Shown piece by piece: positions 21,467 through 31,426 of a stretch of DNA of 64,000 bases. Under the pieces are notes generated by a model. The model made no database searches. It saw only the letters and a list, made by a program, of their open reading frames with translations, and was not told where the DNA came from. The stretch's first letter is position 1, and each line of letters starts with the position of its first letter. Made by a program: the position numbers and the translations under genes. Source of the DNA: Fibrobacteria bacterium (lineage in GTDB: Bacteria; Fibrobacterota; Fibrobacteria; UBA11236); NCBI GenBank assembly GCA_043745805.1, contig JAYTSD010000001.1, positions 1 through 64,000 of the forward strand, in the 5' to 3' direction.

Positions 21467-23218
21467 ATGACTAAACCAAACTTGCTAAAAGATTCCGACT
21501 TATTTCAGCCGGGACATTCCTTTGGGAAGTTTTATATCCTGCAACTAATTGGTGAAGGCGGAACCTCTCGCGTCTATAAAGCTATTCAACAACCTATTAA
21601 TCGAGTAGTGGCTTTAAAAGTTCCTAATTTTGCGAATTGCGAAGAGGTTTTAAGTCCCGATGAATTTTTAGCGGAAGCCATGATGATGGCGCGCTTAGAA
21701 CATGCGAATATTATTCGTATTTATGACTTTGGTGTGATAGACGATATCGCTTTTATTTGCATGGAATATATTGAAGGCATCGATATTTTGGAATTGATTC
21801 AACATCATTTCCCTTTGCCTGAAGTTGTGGTGCTCTCGATTGTAGAACAAATCTTAAATGGTTTGCAGGTTGCCCATGCTCAAGGGGTTTTGCATCGCGA
21901 TCTTTCTCCGCAAAATATTTTTGTTTCTACTCAAGGTTTTGTTAAGCTCGGCGATTTTGGCATGGCAGGCAAAAAAATAGCCGCGGATGGAAAATCAAAA
22001 ATTGTAGGAACTCCGGCTTTTCTTTCTCCCGAACATGTTGATAAACTTCCCTGTTACCCTGGCTCCGATTTGTTTAGTATGGCTTCCGTGATTTTTTTCT
22101 TGGGCACAGGAAAATTGTTATTCGATCCAGGAATTAAACATGAACATGTAGAAGATATTTTTCGACAAATTCGCAAGGCTCGTTACAATCCTCCTTTGGA
22201 TCGATTAAAAATTCTTTCCCCCGAATCGGCGCAATTGACCCTTCAGGCTTTAACGGGAGAGGCTACTCCGGCATTGATAGAGTCATTACCTAAGATTTGG
22301 CTGGCATTAGAAGTAAGACAAGAGCCTGTGGCTTGTCTGCGGCATTTTTTGATTAATCGTAAGGGGATATCGCAGCAAGAAATTCGCAAACGATATCTTT
22401 ATTTACGTGAACAAGGCGAGCATAAAGAGGCTATTGAATTATTAGAGAGTGCGATTTCTAAATCGCCTCAAGACATTAGTTTGCAAGAGCTTTTGCTACA
22501 GCCTTGGGCCAAATCAAATAATGCATGGCGAACGGTTGGGATAGACGAACCGGTAACTTCCAAGAAAAATTACTGGGTGCCCTCCAAATTATTATTTAGC
22601 GGCTTAGTTGTTTTAGTTGCTTTGATATTGGCAATGATTTTCGGGTTTTTTATTTTTCACCATAAAACTGAATCTCAACCCTCAGCATTAAAAATCGAAG
22701 TGATGGTTCCTAAAGCTCCAGCTAAAGAAAGCTTGGTGGTGGATCAAGCTATAATCCCCAATAAACCACCCGAAGTGATTAATGAAAATAATACTTCTGA
22801 AGTTACGGAATCTTCAAAATTACCCTCTAAAAAAGAAAAAATGCAAATTGTAAAAAAGGATACGGTCCTTCTTGAAGCTCCTACTCCAAATCACGTCACT
22901 CCATCATTAAGGATTGTAGAGGGCAAAAAGGATAGTGCATTATTGACGGAGAATAATGAAAAAAAGACAGAATTTCCTGCTCGCTTGAAAGTGGAGTCGC
23001 TGGATGGTGTGGACATTGTTTTGAATGATAGCATTCATTTTACTACTCCAAGCATTTCCGAGGGTTGGATTTTACCTGCGGGCCTATTAAAAATTAGCCT
23101 CTCACATGTAAATTTTACCCACCCCATTCGAAGTACGCTTTTTGTTTCTTCCGGTACTATTTATACCTTACAGATAAATGCGAATGGTGGATATAAGGTG
23201 ATTCGAAATAAGCCATGA
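21467..23218 (+). CDS. Membrane-anchored Hanks-type Ser/Thr kinase
   Basis: IGEGG, VALK, HRDLSPQN, DFG, GTPAFLSPE; TPR-like helix pair, TM segment, periplasmic domain. Confidence 0.92.
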   Translation: MTKPNLLKDSDLFQPGHSFGKFYILQLIGEGGTSRVYKAIQQPINRVVALKVPNFANCEEVLSPDEFLAEAMMMARLEHANIIRIYDFGVIDDIAFICMEYIEGIDILELIQHHFPLPEVVVLSIVEQILNGLQVAHAQGVLHRDLSPQNIFVSTQGFVKLGDFGMAGKKIAADGKSKIVGTPAFLSPEHVDKLPCYPGSDLFSMASVIFFLGTGKLLFDPGIKHEHVEDIFRQIRKARYNPPLDRLKILSPESAQLTLQALTGEATPALIESLPKIWLALEVRQEPVACLRHFLINRKGISQQEIRKRYLYLREQGEHKEAIELLESAISKSPQDISLQELLLQPWAKSNNAWRTVGIDEPVTSKKNYWVPSKLLFSGLVVLVALILAMIFGFFIFHHKTESQPSALKIEVMVPKAPAKESLVVDQAIIPNKPPEVINENNTSEVTESSKLPSKKEKMQIVKKDTVLLEAPTPNHVTPSLRIVEGKKDSALLTENNEKKTEFPARLKVESLDGVDIVLNDSIHFTTPSISEGWILPAGLLKISLSHVNFTHPIRSTLFVSSGTIYTLQINANGGYKVIRNKP

Positions 23219-23934
23219 GAAGATTTTTTTTCTTTGCCTTTTTCTTTGTTTTATTTGCCGCCACAATTCCTCTTAGAGCGAATATAAATGCAGCGGTGAA
23301 TGACTTTTATAATATGAATTTTCAAAAATCATGGGATGTTTTGGATTCATTGAAAAATAATGCAAGCCTGTCAAAAACCGATTCTATAGAGATATTTCAG
23401 TATTTGGGAATGAATGCCGCTAAGCTAGGGCAGGACTCCTTAGCCGTAGATCATTTTTATCAACTATTACTGCTTGATAGCCTTTGGCAATTTCCGGAAA
23501 ATGAAGATGAGAGTATTTTAAAAGACTTCAAAGTAGCCAAGGAAAGCTATGAGGAAGAGCAGGATATTAAACCAGAACCTTTAAAATTAACCGCAGCTGA
23601 AGTCGCAAGCCATCCCCTGAAAATCGAAATTTCACCCAGCAAGAATGCTATAAAAATGATAAATTTAGGTGATGGACTAATTCCTTTGGGATTAGGCTGG
23701 GTGGCGAAAAAACGTTTCAAGAGCGGAATAGCTTATGGCCTGCTTGAAGGTGGAGGCGCGCTACTTTCCATATTTGCCTCAATGCGGCAGGATCAAATAG
23801 ATAAGGATAAATACGGAATTATGAATCAATCCGAATTGAACAAAAGTCAACAATGGCAATTTACTCAAAGACTTTCTTTTTCTGTGGCATTGGGGGCCTA
23901 TTTAATTTCCGTTTTAGCAACACTTGGAGAATAG
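23215..23934 (+). CDS. Secreted TPR-like protein with C-terminal hydrophobic helices
   Basis: Signal peptide; DS...FQYLG...A...FYQLLLLD helix pair; ATGA overlap with the kinase. Confidence 0.55.
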   Translation: MRRFFFFAFFFVLFAATIPLRANINAAVNDFYNMNFQKSWDVLDSLKNNASLSKTDSIEIFQYLGMNAAKLGQDSLAVDHFYQLLLLDSLWQFPENEDESILKDFKVAKESYEEEQDIKPEPLKLTAAEVASHPLKIEISPSKNAIKMINLGDGLIPLGLGWVAKKRFKSGIAYGLLEGGGALLSIFASMRQDQIDKDKYGIMNQSELNKSQQWQFTQRLSFSVALGAYLISVLATLGE

Positions 23935-23935
23935 C

Positions 23936-25387
23936 ATGTCACAAGGATCGCCTTTTGCACAATTGATTTTTGAAAATCAAAACATCGAACCTTATACTTT
24001 CAAAAAAATGATCACAACTATTGGTCGTCATGAGAGTAATGATATTTTTCTTGATGAAGCTAAAGTGAGTTCTTTTCACAGTAATATTTTAAGTCGTGAA
24101 GAGGGTTATCATATTCTTGATATGAAAAGCCGCAATGGCACCAAAGTTAATGGTGTTTTGATACAAAACTCCCCCTTGCAGGATGGCGATTTAATAGAGT
24201 TAGGTGATTTACATTTACGTTTTAAAATGCTGGTAAATACCGAATTAAACTCAGTCCCTTTGCAGCGCTTACAACAAAAATTTCAAACCATGGCTTTGCA
24301 AAGTCCCGATTTACGCCAAGAAATGGAAAGTATTTTAATTGAAGTCGCGGAGCAAGAAAAACAAAATCGCGAAAAACTTACGGCATTACAAAAACGCAAT
24401 CAAGAACTAGATGATACGCTACAAAAAATGCGTAATAGTGTGATTAGTGCTCCGGGTGGTGCCATGGAAAAAACGCTGGAATTAGTGCGTAAATTAGCTT
24501 CAGCCGATTTACCCGTATTGATTACAGGTGAAACAGGAACGGGCAAAACCCATTTAGCGCAAATCATACATCAAATAAGTGCGCGTTCTCATAAAGGCTT
24601 TTGTGTGATTGATTGTGCAACCATTCCGGCAAATTTGATCGAGAGCGAATTATTTGGGTACGAAAAAGGGGCCTTCACAGGAGCGAGTAGTCGCAAAATT
24701 GGCAAAGTGGAGAGTCATGCTGGCGGTACTATTTTCTTGGATGAAATTGGCGACTTACCCATGGAATTACAAGGGAAACTGTTACGCTTTGTACAAGAAG
24801 GTCGCTTTGAACGATTGGGCAGCACTGAAACCCAACAAGTAGATGCTCGATTAATTGCAGCCACACATTACAATTTGGAAGATCGTGTACAAGCCGGAAA
24901 ATTTCGTCAGGATCTTTTTTATCGCTTACATGTTTTACCTTTAAAGGTCCCTGCTTTACGTGAACGGCATGAAGATATTCCTGTTTTAGCAAAGTTTTTC
25001 ATTCAAAAGCATTTTGGTCAAGAGGCTTGGCATTTTTCTCCCGATGCACTCGATGCGATGAATCGACACAATTGGCCAGGCAATGTGCGTGAGTTGGAGA
25101 ATCGTTTGCAACGTGCTTGGTTATTTCATGTCGATGGAGTCATGACGGCGAGTGACTTGGGATTAGAATCCCCTACGGTTGCTGCAGCTACCGTGCCGGA
25201 AACTTTTAAATTGGAAAATAAAACGCTAGAACAATATCGCGAAGAGTTTGAAGGCGTTATTCTCAAGCGTTGTTTGCAGTATTACAAAGGCAACATCACT
25301 CGCACCGCAGATCATTTACAAATCTCACGAAATACTTGTAAAAGCATGGTTAAACGTTATAATTTAGCCTTCGATCCCAACGAATAA
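23936..25387 (+). CDS. FHA-domain sigma-54 activator (bEBP)
   Basis: FHA IGR...VSSFH...SRNGT; GETGTGKT, GAFTGA, WPGNVREL, HTH; GGAG RBS favours ATG 23936. Confidence 0.92.
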   Translation: MSQGSPFAQLIFENQNIEPYTFKKMITTIGRHESNDIFLDEAKVSSFHSNILSREEGYHILDMKSRNGTKVNGVLIQNSPLQDGDLIELGDLHLRFKMLVNTELNSVPLQRLQQKFQTMALQSPDLRQEMESILIEVAEQEKQNREKLTALQKRNQELDDTLQKMRNSVISAPGGAMEKTLELVRKLASADLPVLITGETGTGKTHLAQIIHQISARSHKGFCVIDCATIPANLIESELFGYEKGAFTGASSRKIGKVESHAGGTIFLDEIGDLPMELQGKLLRFVQEGRFERLGSTETQQVDARLIAATHYNLEDRVQAGKFRQDLFYRLHVLPLKVPALRERHEDIPVLAKFFIQKHFGQEAWHFSPDALDAMNRHNWPGNVRELENRLQRAWLFHVDGVMTASDLGLESPTVAAATVPETFKLENKTLEQYREEFEGVILKRCLQYYKGNITRTADHLQISRNTCKSMVKRYNLAFDPNE

Positions 25388-26997
25388 TGATTTCGATTTT
25401 CCACCTATTTTTAGTGTCATCGCTATTTTTATTAAATAGTTGTGATTATTTTCACAATATGGTGGGGAATAAAGACGTTGAAAAAAGAACCGTGGCTCTC
25501 ACGGTTAAAGATGCCATTACCGGTGAGGTCCTTGATGGGGCTTATTGTGCGAAGGATAATGAAAGTAATCCGCCGCAATCCAGTGGAAATGGCTTGTTTG
25601 TCTTTACGGATTTGCTTTCGGGTAAAGATACAATAGCATGCACTTATACTGATTACTTAGATGATTCTTTAGTGGTGGATATTCTTGCAGGACAAGACCA
25701 AAATCATGACATGAATTTATTAAGAGATCCAAAAAATTGGTATGCAGAATTGGATTATCAAATTGACTTTAATATTCCTAGCAAACAGAGAGTGCCCGAT
25801 TCATTTAGTTTCAACGCTACCCTTAAAAACCCAAATAACTTATTTAAGTATTCATGGACTTTAAAAAAAAGCAACTCCACTCCACAACAGTACACCAAGT
25901 CAGTTGACCCAATTCTTTTAAAGAAAATCGATGTGGTATACGATTCCATGGAATTGAGTATGTACGCTAAATCGGGAAATAAGGAAGTTTTTTTGGGATC
26001 TAAAACAAAAAAATTGGATTGGGTGGTTAATAAAAAACCAGTTTTATTTTTTAAGCCTGCGAAACTTCCTCCTCTAAAAATTTGTAATACTTACAAGGAA
26101 ATTATCTACGATGCTAAAGATCAAGATTTAGATGGGGAATGTAAAGAAGTTGTTTTTAATACCAGCCCAACTAATAGCCAAACCTTGGGTTCAATTCCTA
26201 ATCAAATAGGAGAATGTGGAGTTAACAAGAAAATTACTTTATCGATCTCTAATTACTCAGAACTTTACCCGAACAGAGAAGAAACTAGTTATCGAGATAC
26301 ATTTGATTTGATAGCGCATGTAAAGGATGACAATGGACAAGATTCTATTTTTCGATTGCCATTAGTGTTTTTTACAAATCGAATACCTGTTATATCTCAG
26401 TACTTTTGGTCTCCAGATTTTGGAGGGGAAGGTAATTATTTTTTGAAAAACAAGGAAATAAATCTCGTTTTACGCATGCAAGACCGTGATACTATTGGGT
26501 ATTTAGATTCTGTTAAAATAGATTGGGGAGATCATTCTAATTCGGGTAGATATTTAAAACTATCTCATGATTCTATAATAACGATACCGCATACATTTCA
26601 GAGTGCCGGCGACTTTAAGGCAATTATCAAGTTGAGTGATGAATGCGGAGAAATTGTAGAAAAAACTCTTAATATTAAGATTCAGGAAAATAGCCCACCG
26701 CAAATACTGGTGAACGGGTTGAATAAAGACTTAAATAAAAAAGAACATTTAGGAGTAACGTTTCGCGCTATAGATGATGATGCGAATACTTACACGGATT
26801 CTGTGACGCAGGCCACCATTGAATGGGGTGATGGAGGAATAACCCCTCTTGATAGTCTTGTGCGTTATCAATTGAACGTTCCTGTAAGGAGGGATCATAT
26901 GTATTCATTTCCCCTAAAATCTACTTATTTAATCCGCATAACTAGTGTAGATACTTATGGTGCATTGGGAATAGATTCTTTGCTTTATACTCCATAG
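25387..26997 (+). CDS. Lipoprotein with carboxypeptidase-regulatory-like and PKD/Ig-like domains
   Basis: Lipobox LLNSC; two (D/E)WGD PKD motifs; TAATG coupling. Confidence 0.65.
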   Translation: MISIFHLFLVSSLFLLNSCDYFHNMVGNKDVEKRTVALTVKDAITGEVLDGAYCAKDNESNPPQSSGNGLFVFTDLLSGKDTIACTYTDYLDDSLVVDILAGQDQNHDMNLLRDPKNWYAELDYQIDFNIPSKQRVPDSFSFNATLKNPNNLFKYSWTLKKSNSTPQQYTKSVDPILLKKIDVVYDSMELSMYAKSGNKEVFLGSKTKKLDWVVNKKPVLFFKPAKLPPLKICNTYKEIIYDAKDQDLDGECKEVVFNTSPTNSQTLGSIPNQIGECGVNKKITLSISNYSELYPNREETSYRDTFDLIAHVKDDNGQDSIFRLPLVFFTNRIPVISQYFWSPDFGGEGNYFLKNKEINLVLRMQDRDTIGYLDSVKIDWGDHSNSGRYLKLSHDSIITIPHTFQSAGDFKAIIKLSDECGEIVEKTLNIKIQENSPPQILVNGLNKDLNKKEHLGVTFRAIDDDANTYTDSVTQATIEWGDGGITPLDSLVRYQLNVPVRRDHMYSFPLKSTYLIRITSVDTYGALGIDSLLYTP

Positions 26998-26999
26998 AT

Positions 27000-27776
27000 T
27001 TAATAATTAAATCTATGGATTTCCTTTTGATCGAGCACTCTGCACTTGCCCAATTCCAATCCCTCCAAAGTTACTCCTCCAATACTTTTACGAATCAGCC
27101 TTTTTACCTTGTAACCCAGTTCATGAAATGATTTTCGGATTTGTCGGTTACGGCCTTCCTGTAAAATAACTTCCGCCCATTTACCTTCCAATGCGGAAAA
27201 TTGTGCGGGGCGAGTTTTTACTCCGGCAATAACTAGACCTTCACTTAAAGTTTGCAAATCATTTGCCAAGGGTTTTTTATCCAACTGGACATGATATGTT
27301 TTGGCAATAGCATGTGCGGGATCAGTTAGTCTATTGGAAAAGGCGCTGTCATTGGTGAATAATAATAAGCCTTCGGAGTCCTTATCTAAACGTCCAATAG
27401 GGAAGATCCATTTATTCTGCCATTCTGAGGGTAATAAGTCATAAACGGTTTGACGATTTAATTCATCGCTTCGGGTGGTAACATATCCCACTGGCTTATA
27501 CATAGCTAAATAGATCTTTTTAAGTGGTTCTTGAGGAGTATCAATAACATTACCTATGGATTTAGGAGAATCTTTTTTCCCATTTTCATTCTCCTCCTCA
27601 TTGGGCAACGATTTTTTTTTAATCGTGTCATCTTTTAAATCCACCCACATTTCGGGATCTAAAATTGTAATCCCATTGACTTCCACTTGGCCGGCCTCAA
27701 TCCATTTTTTTGCTTGCGTCCGAGAACCTAATCCCATTTTGGATAAAGCGCGATTTAAATGCACTCGTTGTCCCAT
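27000..27776 (-). CDS. RsuA/RluB/RluE-family rRNA pseudouridine synthase
   Basis: S4 domain, GRLDKDSEGLLL, EGRNRQIR; start placed at TAATG overlap. Confidence 0.92.
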   Translation of the reverse strand: MGQRVHLNRALSKMGLGSRTQAKKWIEAGQVEVNGITILDPEMWVDLKDDTIKKKSLPNEEENENGKKDSPKSIGNVIDTPQEPLKKIYLAMYKPVGYVTTRSDELNRQTVYDLLPSEWQNKWIFPIGRLDKDSEGLLLFTNDSAFSNRLTDPAHAIAKTYHVQLDKKPLANDLQTLSEGLVIAGVKTRPAQFSALEGKWAEVILQEGRNRQIRKSFHELGYKVKRLIRKSIGGVTLEGLELGKCRVLDQKEIHRFNY

Positions 27777-28495
27777 TAGGAAGGCGTATCCGATGGTAAT
27801 GTCGTGTTCCAGCATTGCAATACATAATTGCGCAAATTTCCTATTCCATCTTTATCTTCGGGTAATTGATGGGTGGGCATGGGAGGGAAAAAATGAATAT
27901 AAACATGCACGCTTGCTTTTTTGGGCTGACGATTTTCTAAGGCCTCACGAGAGTTTTTAATAAGTACAGGTAGGGCTAAAGCATCGGCTAGCAAGGCTAA
28001 ACGAAAGCCGCCATTTTTAACGGGTAAAAATTGACCATTTTTACTGCGCGTGCCTTCAGGGAAAACCACGAGGGGAATGTGCATTTGTTGAGCCGCCAGT
28101 TCTAAGGCTCTATGGGCTGCCGAATTATTTTTTCTATCGATAAATAAACAACCGACTCTTTTCATCCAATAGCTAACCATGGGTATGCGAGATAATTCTT
28201 TTTTGGCAACAAAGCCTAAACTTCTTTCCGATGCGGCTACTAATGCGGGAATATCAATTTGGCTTTGATGATTGCAAAGTAATACGGTTTTACGTCCATC
28301 CTTGGGTAAATGCTCTGCACCTTCTACATGCAGTTCTACTTTATAAAGACGCAAAGTGTATTTTGCCCAAGCTAAATAATTTTTTTGCAAAAAAGCCTCA
28401 CCATGGCTAGGCCTAAAAACATCGAGCAAAACTTGCATGCCTAATTTTCGTAGCATGAAGATTAAGGTCAATAATATATTCACTAACATTAACAA
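27776..28495 (-). CDS. plsC: 1-acyl-sn-glycerol-3-phosphate acyltransferase
   Basis: NHQSQID, FIDR, FPEGTRS. Confidence 0.9.
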   Translation of the reverse strand: MLMLVNILLTLIFMLRKLGMQVLLDVFRPSHGEAFLQKNYLAWAKYTLRLYKVELHVEGAEHLPKDGRKTVLLCNHQSQIDIPALVAASERSLGFVAKKELSRIPMVSYWMKRVGCLFIDRKNNSAAHRALELAAQQMHIPLVVFPEGTRSKNGQFLPVKNGGFRLALLADALALPVLIKNSREALENRQPKKASVHVYIHFFPPMPTHQLPEDKDGIGNLRNYVLQCWNTTLPSDTPS

Positions 28496-30007
28496 CTAAT
28501 CCTTTTTCTTTAACGAAACGATGAAATCAAAGACTTTGAATTTCAGTCGCAACATGCGATTCGGTAAAAATGAACTGGACGATAAAATTTTTGTTTTTCC
28601 ATGTAAGGTTCTGCATTTGCATGAGCAAAGATAAAGTAAAGACATAGCTCGGGTGACACCGACATAAAAAATGCGACGCTCTTCAGCATAATGGCGAACA
28701 TTTTTTTTCTCTCCACGTTCATGGTATGGACATAATCCTTCTTCTAAGCCTACAAAAAATACTACTGGAAATTCCAATCCTTTGGCGGCATGCACGGTGA
28801 GAAAATGAATTTCATTGGCTGCCTCTGATCCCAAATATTTTGTGATTAAATCAAAGTAGAAAGGTCGCAAAGCATGTAAACGATAAAGAATGGCAAAATG
28901 CGTCCAAGCTATTTTTTGTTGAGTATGAAGCAATTGTAATTCCTTAACCATCCATAGCCCTTGTTCCACAGCACGAGGGTGATATTTAAACTGAACGGGC
29001 AACCCCCCTTTTTTTACGGGAATTAATATTTTGTGTAATTCTTTTGTTTTCCCCTGCATGATAGAATTCGCAAAACGAAGAATGGGAGGTGCGGAACGAT
29101 AATTCAACTCCAATTTTTGTATACCTAGATCGGGGAATTTTTTAAGGAGATCTGTAAAATTTTCTTCACCCGCCCCACGAAATCCATAAATTGCTTGATC
29201 ATCATCCCCTACCAAAAATAAATGTGTTTGAGCATTTAATAAGCGATACACAAAAGCCATTTGCTCGGGATTGGTATCTTGAAACTCATCCACTAAAATA
29301 TATTGAAAGCGATTTTGTAATAAAGGCGCTAATGCTTCAATGGCAAAAAGCTTCGTGGCGAAAGTCACCATTTCCCCAAAACTAATTTGTCCGGTGGATT
29401 GTAAAAAGTTTTGATAGTAGCGTTTTAATTTTTGTGCGTCGCTATCGGTTAATTGGAAATCGCTTCCATTTAAACATTGGGAAAGCTCATTCAGTGTAAA
29501 TGGAAACTTTTTTTGCTGTAATTTCAGCCAATGCATTTCGGCGGCTTCCGTGGTAACTTTTGGCGCTTGTGAAAAACCAAGTCTTTGCCAATTGGGAACT
29601 CCTGCATTTGTTTCGAGCAATAATTTCAAAGCAAAGGCATGAAAGGTATGAATAGATAAGAGGTTCGCATTAGGGCTAGATTTTTGCAAAGTGGTTTGCA
29701 TAGCCTTTTTGATACGGCTATGCATTTCCTTCGCGGCGGCTTGCGTAAAGGTTAAAGCGAGAATTTCTTCTGCAGGTACATTTTGGTTTAACAAATAGAG
29801 AACTCTTTTTGTTAACACGGTAGTTTTACCTGTTCCTGCTCCAGCTAGTACTAAAAGATGAGACTTTTTATTCCAGGCAATGGCATTCTGTTGAGAAGGG
29901 TTCGAACCTGTCAGGATTTTTTCCAATGCATCTTTATCAATCCTCTTCGCTTGGTTGCTTTCGAGAGATTGAAAAGATATACTAGCGCTATACTCCTGAT
30001 CTTGCAC
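28496..30007 (-). CDS. UvrD/PcrA-family SF1 helicase, short form
   Basis: AGAGTGKT, VDEFQD, VGDDDQAIYGFRGA, NYRS, TVHAAKGLEF, EERRIFYVGVTRA. Confidence 0.92.
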   Translation of the reverse strand: MQDQEYSASISFQSLESNQAKRIDKDALEKILTGSNPSQQNAIAWNKKSHLLVLAGAGTGKTTVLTKRVLYLLNQNVPAEEILALTFTQAAAKEMHSRIKKAMQTTLQKSSPNANLLSIHTFHAFALKLLLETNAGVPNWQRLGFSQAPKVTTEAAEMHWLKLQQKKFPFTLNELSQCLNGSDFQLTDSDAQKLKRYYQNFLQSTGQISFGEMVTFATKLFAIEALAPLLQNRFQYILVDEFQDTNPEQMAFVYRLLNAQTHLFLVGDDDQAIYGFRGAGEENFTDLLKKFPDLGIQKLELNYRSAPPILRFANSIMQGKTKELHKILIPVKKGGLPVQFKYHPRAVEQGLWMVKELQLLHTQQKIAWTHFAILYRLHALRPFYFDLITKYLGSEAANEIHFLTVHAAKGLEFPVVFFVGLEEGLCPYHERGEKKNVRHYAEERRIFYVGVTRAMSLLYLCSCKCRTLHGKTKILSSSSFLPNRMLRLKFKVFDFIVSLKKKD

Positions 30008-30038
30008 GACTAAAAATTAGTCAAAGCCAAAGGGATTC

Positions 30039-30947
30039 ATGTTCAAAATTTTAGTGGTAGATGATGAGCATATCATTCGGGCAATGTTGGGCGATGCCTT
30101 ACGCCTATTTGGACATGAGGTTTATCTCGCGCACGATGGCTTACAAGCACTGGAAATATTGAGCAAAAATCACTTTGACATGATTCTGTCGGACATTAAC
30201 ATGCCGCATATGACAGGATTTGAATTATTCAAGCAAGTGGAAGAATATTATCCTACGGTCAAGCGGGTTTTGATGACGGCCTATAATTTGGACGATTATA
30301 TGCGTATTGTGAGAGATCATAATATTGGGAATGTGATTGCTAAGTCCGTCCCTATGAATTTTAAAGAAATAAAAAACATGCTGGATGCCTTATTGAACAA
30401 TGCCATTTTTGGTATTGAACGCTATATGGTCGCTCCGTTTTCACAACAAACTTTTGAATTAGTAGAGCCCGAACAAATCGATGATATTTCCGGTTCCATT
30501 GCTAATTTTTATGCGGGCACACCGGTGCATAATAAATTTAAAGTGGCGCTTATTGAATTGATGACGAACGCACTCTTTTATGGGGCACGCAATGAAGTGG
30601 GGGATCGTAAACAAGATTGGGTGCGTGATTTTAAGCTCTCGCCCGAAGATGCCGTGCGTGTTACGGCCAGTTTGGATAAAGAAAAATTTGGGGTATCCAT
30701 TTTAGATCGTGGTGGAAAATTAGATAAGCATACCGTACTTTATTGGCTAGATAGGCAAACGACTAGAGATGAATTAGGATTGCCCTTAGGTGTGCTTGAT
30801 GATCATGGACGAGGCTTTTTTATTACGCGTAAATATGTTGATCGCTTTATTATCAATATCGAAAAGAAGCAACGTTGCGAATGTTGCATTTTTAATTATT
30901 TCGAAGAGAAGGTTGGAAATAAGCCTTTGATTATAAATGAGATATAA
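30039..30947 (+). CDS. Response regulator with C-terminal HATPase (RsbW-like) domain
   Basis: VVDDE, SDINMP; ELMTNA, DRG, GRGFFI. Confidence 0.75.
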   Translation: MFKILVVDDEHIIRAMLGDALRLFGHEVYLAHDGLQALEILSKNHFDMILSDINMPHMTGFELFKQVEEYYPTVKRVLMTAYNLDDYMRIVRDHNIGNVIAKSVPMNFKEIKNMLDALLNNAIFGIERYMVAPFSQQTFELVEPEQIDDISGSIANFYAGTPVHNKFKVALIELMTNALFYGARNEVGDRKQDWVRDFKLSPEDAVRVTASLDKEKFGVSILDRGGKLDKHTVLYWLDRQTTRDELGLPLGVLDDHGRGFFITRKYVDRFIINIEKKQRCECCIFNYFEEKVGNKPLIINEI

Positions 30948-30958
30948 AATCCAGACAT

Positions 30959-30986
30959 AAAAAAAGCAATCCGTTTAAAGGATTGC
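30959..30986 (-). terminator. Intrinsic terminator of rpsU
   Basis: GCAATCC-7 nt-GGATTGC with A tract on the left. Confidence 0.65.
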
Positions 30987-31016
30987 CTTCTTCAACTCAG
31001 AAAGAGTGCGAGTGAC

Positions 31017-31214
31017 TTAAGCTTGAGCTTCTGCCGCGTCTTTCAAATGTTTACGAATAGCCGCATTTTGCTTGCGCTTCTTTTCTTCAGAAGGCTTTTC
31101 GTATCTTTGATTTTTCTTTACATCCGACAAAATGCCGGACTTTTCACAAGTCTTTGTAAACCTTCTTAAGGCTTTTTCAAATGATTCACCGGAACGAACA
31201 ACTACGCCTGTCAT
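31017..31214 (-). CDS. rpsU: 30S ribosomal protein S21
   Basis: ESFEKALRRF, YEKPSE. Confidence 0.95.
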   Translation of the reverse strand: MTGVVVRSGESFEKALRRFTKTCEKSGILSDVKKNQRYEKPSEEKKRKQNAAIRKHLKDAAEAQA

Positions 31215-31426
31215 GTTATATTAATCTCACCCCTTTTCAATTTAGGCAAGCTAAAGGTATCAAGGAGCTAGCCCTATGTCAAGAAATAAATTCTAGGAGG
31301 CTAAAATTTGGCTTTTTATAAATTAAGGTGCGATAAGGGCTTAATATTGATTATAATTGTGAATTATCGATCAGAAACCTCATTTTTCCCTTTTTTTTAA
31401 GTGAATTTTATTTTAGGATATACATT

